DNA of 36,321 nucleotides from a virus (taxonomy: Duplodnaviria; Caudoviricetes), in IMG/VR virus record IMGVR_UViG_3300006169_000028, positions 1-36,321 of that record; one strand, given 5' to 3'. A program made the position numbers and the translations under genes. Within the stretch, counting starts at the first letter, position 1. Every line of letters begins with the position of its first letter. Shown here piece by piece: positions 33,464-36,321 of the stretch. The notes under the pieces are model-generated. The model had not been told where the DNA came from and searched no databases. It saw only the letters and a list, made by a program, of their open reading frames with translations.

Positions 33464-34468
33464 TTATCGAGTTCGTCGCCTCCGGACATACTGTCGGGAA
33501 AGCGAGTTCTTTTTAGTTATCGGCGTCTTCGGTTGAATGAGATCGTTTACCGCTCCGCCGAAACGAGCGCGAAGTGAATCCGGGATCCCGTCGATTTCGG
33601 GCTTTTGTTCCTCGTCGTTTAGAATCTCGACCCAAATACCACGACAACCGGTATGGAATATATCATTTCGCGCGAACGGATCGTCTTTATCCACGATTCG
33701 ACCGTCGATTGAAAGACAATAGTTACAAGTCCGACGATCTAAAACCTCGGAGCGTTGAAGGGCGTATATATCGCCGGAGTATGCGCGCATTGTGCGGCGG
33801 CGCCCGATATTCATAAACCCGGACATTACGATCCCCCCGGTTTGACGTACAAACGAGTCGATCCATTTATCCATTGCGAGATCAACGCCGGCGACTGCGG
33901 CGGCTACTGTATTTTCGCGAAGAAGGGAAGACGTAAGTTCGATTTTCGCTTTATTCTCGATCGCTCCGGCCTGTTCCCAAGCGATCGCGTCGGCGTGTAC
34001 GTCGATTAAACGACGGGTATCGTTCGGACGTGAAGGCGGCTTCTTTTTCATTTCCTGCGAAACCATTTCTTTGCCTAGTTCGTAGGCTTCGACCGCGTTT
34101 TCACGAACAAGATCCCGAATGCTCGTAACGGCGGCGTATCGGATCGACTTTAACCGATCGAAGTCGTTCTTTGCGGCGGCGTCCATTATTGAAGACCGGA
34201 AGTTATTCTTTTCCGCAATAAAGATCGCACGGGCGTCGGCCTCGAACTTTTCTTCCATTCGATCAAGTTCGCGTTCGGCTTTACCGAAATCGACCTTTTG
34301 TTCCGCAAAAGTTAGTTTCCTCGAACGAGGGCCGTAATAGTTTTTCGAGTCGGCTTCACCTTCGGCGAAAGAGTGCGAGCAATGGCGGCCGCACAAATGA
34401 ACCGGAACGGTTTCGTACCGATCCAGTTCGGAAGCTCTTATTCGTTCTCGTTTATAAATCGTCGACAT
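33464..34468 (-). CDS. Minor head / head morphogenesis protein (SPP1 gp7, Mu gpF-like)
   Basis: VLDRRTCNYCLSIDG...FHTGCR; follows the portal gene. Confidence 0.88.
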   Translation of the reverse strand: MSTIYKRERIRASELDRYETVPVHLCGRHCSHSFAEGEADSKNYYGPRSRKLTFAEQKVDFGKAERELDRMEEKFEADARAIFIAEKNNFRSSIMDAAAKNDFDRLKSIRYAAVTSIRDLVRENAVEAYELGKEMVSQEMKKKPPSRPNDTRRLIDVHADAIAWEQAGAIENKAKIELTSSLLRENTVAAAVAGVDLAMDKWIDSFVRQTGGIVMSGFMNIGRRRTMRAYSGDIYALQRSEVLDRRTCNYCLSIDGRIVDKDDPFARNDIFHTGCRGIWVEILNDEEQKPEIDGIPDSLRARFGGAVNDLIQPKTPITKKNSLSRQYVRRRRTR

Positions 34469-35738
34469 CTTCTTCGGTTACGTCTTTAACTGATTTCGTT
34501 ACGACAATGTCTTCGTCGTCGTCGGTTCGCTCCGGAAGTCCTAGATTCTCGCGGAAGAACTGTTCGTCGGCCTCGATCACGCCAACCGCCCCGGTATCCG
34601 TTAGCGTCTTGTATGCGTCGGCGAGTCCCTTTACGTCGACCGTCGTAATGCCGGTATAGTCAAGCTGTGGATAAGCGGTTACGTTGTCGTAGTTCATATC
34701 GACAATCTGCTTTATGACGTACTTATTGAATGCGTCGACAAAGTTATTCGCAACCGCCTCGACCGATTGAAGGAATAGATCGGATTGATCGGCCGAAAGC
34801 GCATACGAGCCGGTTTCGTTAGCGCCAAGTTCTAGGAACTGCGCGAGGGCCGCTTTTAGAATCTCGCGGTTATGATTTGCGATCGCTTTTTCCGGAGACG
34901 CAATCGACCCGGATTTCATATCCATAAACTTGAAGTCCACCTTGCCGTTCCCGACTATGTACGCTTGTTCGTCCGCGTAAAGATTTTCAAGAACCTGTTC
35001 GGCCTTGCGCTTTGATTCGTCGTCCCATTCCGTACCTTCCCTCGGATCGGCCATAGGAATACCGAGGCCGTGGCGTTCGTATGCGAGCGCCTCGATCTTG
35101 TAGAAGTTATTTTTGAAAAACCAATGCTTATATGGCGCGCGAAGAATCGAAGTTCCCCACCAGTTATCTCCCTCCTTTTCATTTACGATAATCAAAAGTT
35201 TTTCGATCGGGATTGAAACCGTACGGGCGTCCGTACTATTTGCGAGTTGCTGAACGATTCCGTCTTCACCGTCGATCGTTTGCCACCGTTCGATCGTCGT
35301 CGGAAGGCGCGGCGCCAGTTTACGAAGAACGACCATATCCCGGCCGTTGACCGTTCGAATATCGAACACCTTCTCGAACACGGATACGCCAAAATCAAGA
35401 CAAAGAAGCGCCTGTCGTATCACGTCGTCCCACGTCATAGACATTTCTTCAAAAAGGTTTTGCGAGATACGATCGGCGATTTCAATATCGCGCTCCTCTT
35501 GCGAGGCCGGCTTTATGTACCAGTTAGCACGGCGGATCGGTAGTTTTAAAACGCGAAGAAGTGCGGAGATCGTACCGTCTGACTTCCGCATTTCGTCATA
35601 GATCGTCATTGCCCGAACGCCGTCTAGCTCGGGATTATAATCGTGCGAGATAATACCTTTCCAGTTACTCGTCCCGGTTTGACCGTACTCCGGCCCGCGT
35701 ACTTTTACGTTTGAGTCTTGAGAGTCGACGTTCGCCAT
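34452..35738 (-). CDS. Portal protein (Mu gp29 / DUF935-like)
   Basis: YDEMRKSDGTI, GVSVFEKV, WGTSILRAPY, ERHGLGIP, GSYALS; directly after terL. Confidence 0.9.
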   Translation of the reverse strand: MANVDSQDSNVKVRGPEYGQTGTSNWKGIISHDYNPELDGVRAMTIYDEMRKSDGTISALLRVLKLPIRRANWYIKPASQEERDIEIADRISQNLFEEMSMTWDDVIRQALLCLDFGVSVFEKVFDIRTVNGRDMVVLRKLAPRLPTTIERWQTIDGEDGIVQQLANSTDARTVSIPIEKLLIIVNEKEGDNWWGTSILRAPYKHWFFKNNFYKIEALAYERHGLGIPMADPREGTEWDDESKRKAEQVLENLYADEQAYIVGNGKVDFKFMDMKSGSIASPEKAIANHNREILKAALAQFLELGANETGSYALSADQSDLFLQSVEAVANNFVDAFNKYVIKQIVDMNYDNVTAYPQLDYTGITTVDVKGLADAYKTLTDTGAVGVIEADEQFFRENLGLPERTDDDEDIVVTKSVKDVTEEDVDDL

Positions 35739-35763
35739 TGCGTTTATTATACGTTATTTCTTA

Positions 35764-36321
35764 TTAAAACTTCTTCCTACGTAATCCACTATTCACGCGC
35801 TCGACCTTTTGTTCAACGTTAGCGTTCGGGATCGATAGATCCGGCTCGATAAGTTGGAAGCGTTGAAGCGCACACATAGTCGCGTCCGGAATGTGGTCGT
35901 CTTTCTTGATCGTCATATCCGAGCCTTCGCGATACCGGAGCCGCTTATGTTGCCATATGGCCGTTTTTTGCGACGCCGGGATTTTGAACCGCTCGTTTTC
36001 GAACCAAGCGCGATAGTTTCCGATCATTCGCGGCTTTTCCTTCGAAAAGACGACTTCGTGAACAACCGGGGATAACCTCGCTTCCCGGATCCGAGGATCA
36101 CTCGCGAACGTTTTCCGAAGAAGATCGTTTTCGAACTTTCCGGCGCTGTCACAATACCAGTGTTGAACACGTCGGGCGATTGTGTATTTAACAATCGCTT
36201 CGATAATAATATCAAGCGAAACTTGCGAATACGTGGCGACGTGATCGGAAACCGCATTTTGACCGTGCCGCAAAAGTCCGGTAACGGCCGTCATAGAAGA
36301 AAATCCCCAGTCTATACCGCC
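35764..36321 (-). CDS. terL: Terminase large subunit, 3' (nuclease) part
   Basis: GGIDWGFS, YCDSAG, KKDDHIPDA; continuation of 1..1074 across the join. Confidence 0.93.
   Translation of the reverse strand, partial: GGIDWGFSSMTAVTGLLRHGQNAVSDHVATYSQVSLDIIIEAIVKYTIARRVQHWYCDSAGKFENDLLRKTFASDPRIREARLSPVVHEVVFSKEKPRMIGNYRAWFENERFKIPASQKTAIWQHKRLRYREGSDMTIKKDDHIPDATMCALQRFQLIEPDLSIPNANVEQKVERVNSGLRRKKF
36235..36321. repeat. Terminal direct repeat, copy 2
   Basis: Identical to 1-87. Confidence 0.97.

Noticed and set aside
7-36075. All plus-strand ORFs in the track (e.g. 19519..20460, 32215..32943)
   Set aside because: They lie antisense to well-supported minus-strand genes, show shadow-ORF composition and have no recognisable motifs.
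1-36321. Stop-codon reassignment
   Set aside because: Genes tile densely under the standard bacterial code, and TAA, TAG and TGA all end plausible genes.

Overview
This is an apparently complete, circularly permuted genome of a tailed dsDNA phage with a siphovirus-like gene set. Unique length is 36,234 bp, since bases 1-87 are repeated exactly at 36235-36321. All credible genes are on the minus strand. In transcription order: small terminase, large terminase (split across the assembly join), Mu-like portal, minor head protein, protease-scaffold, cement, major capsid, a neck/head-fibre module with a 1288-aa repeat protein, adaptor, tail genes with a -1 frameshifted chaperone, lysis genes, and an early/DNA-metabolism region. 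That region holds a RecT-like annealase, a PD-(D/E)XK nuclease fused to an FtsK motor, a wHTH replication initiator, and ParB-like, RusA-like and HNH proteins. I recognise no integrase, CI-type repressor, DNA polymerase, tRNA or CRISPR array. Shine-Dalgarno motifs are nearly absent and many starts lie 6-11 nt behind a -10 hexamer; a Patescibacteria/CPR-type host is a tentative inference. The most unusual signals are: (1) two predicted structured small RNAs (13015-13138 and ~2280-2366) whose single-stranded parts are exact reverse complements of motifs at the translation starts of many phage genes, suggesting a trans-acting antisense network; (2) the nuclease-FtsK fusion beside RecT; (3) a 20-repeat beta-strand fibre protein with a candidate bead subunit; (4) a stand-alone iteron origin about 9 kb from the initiator gene; (5) a 10-bp-phased operator shared by four early intergenic regions. 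All calls come from reading motifs by eye; no database search or folding program was run.
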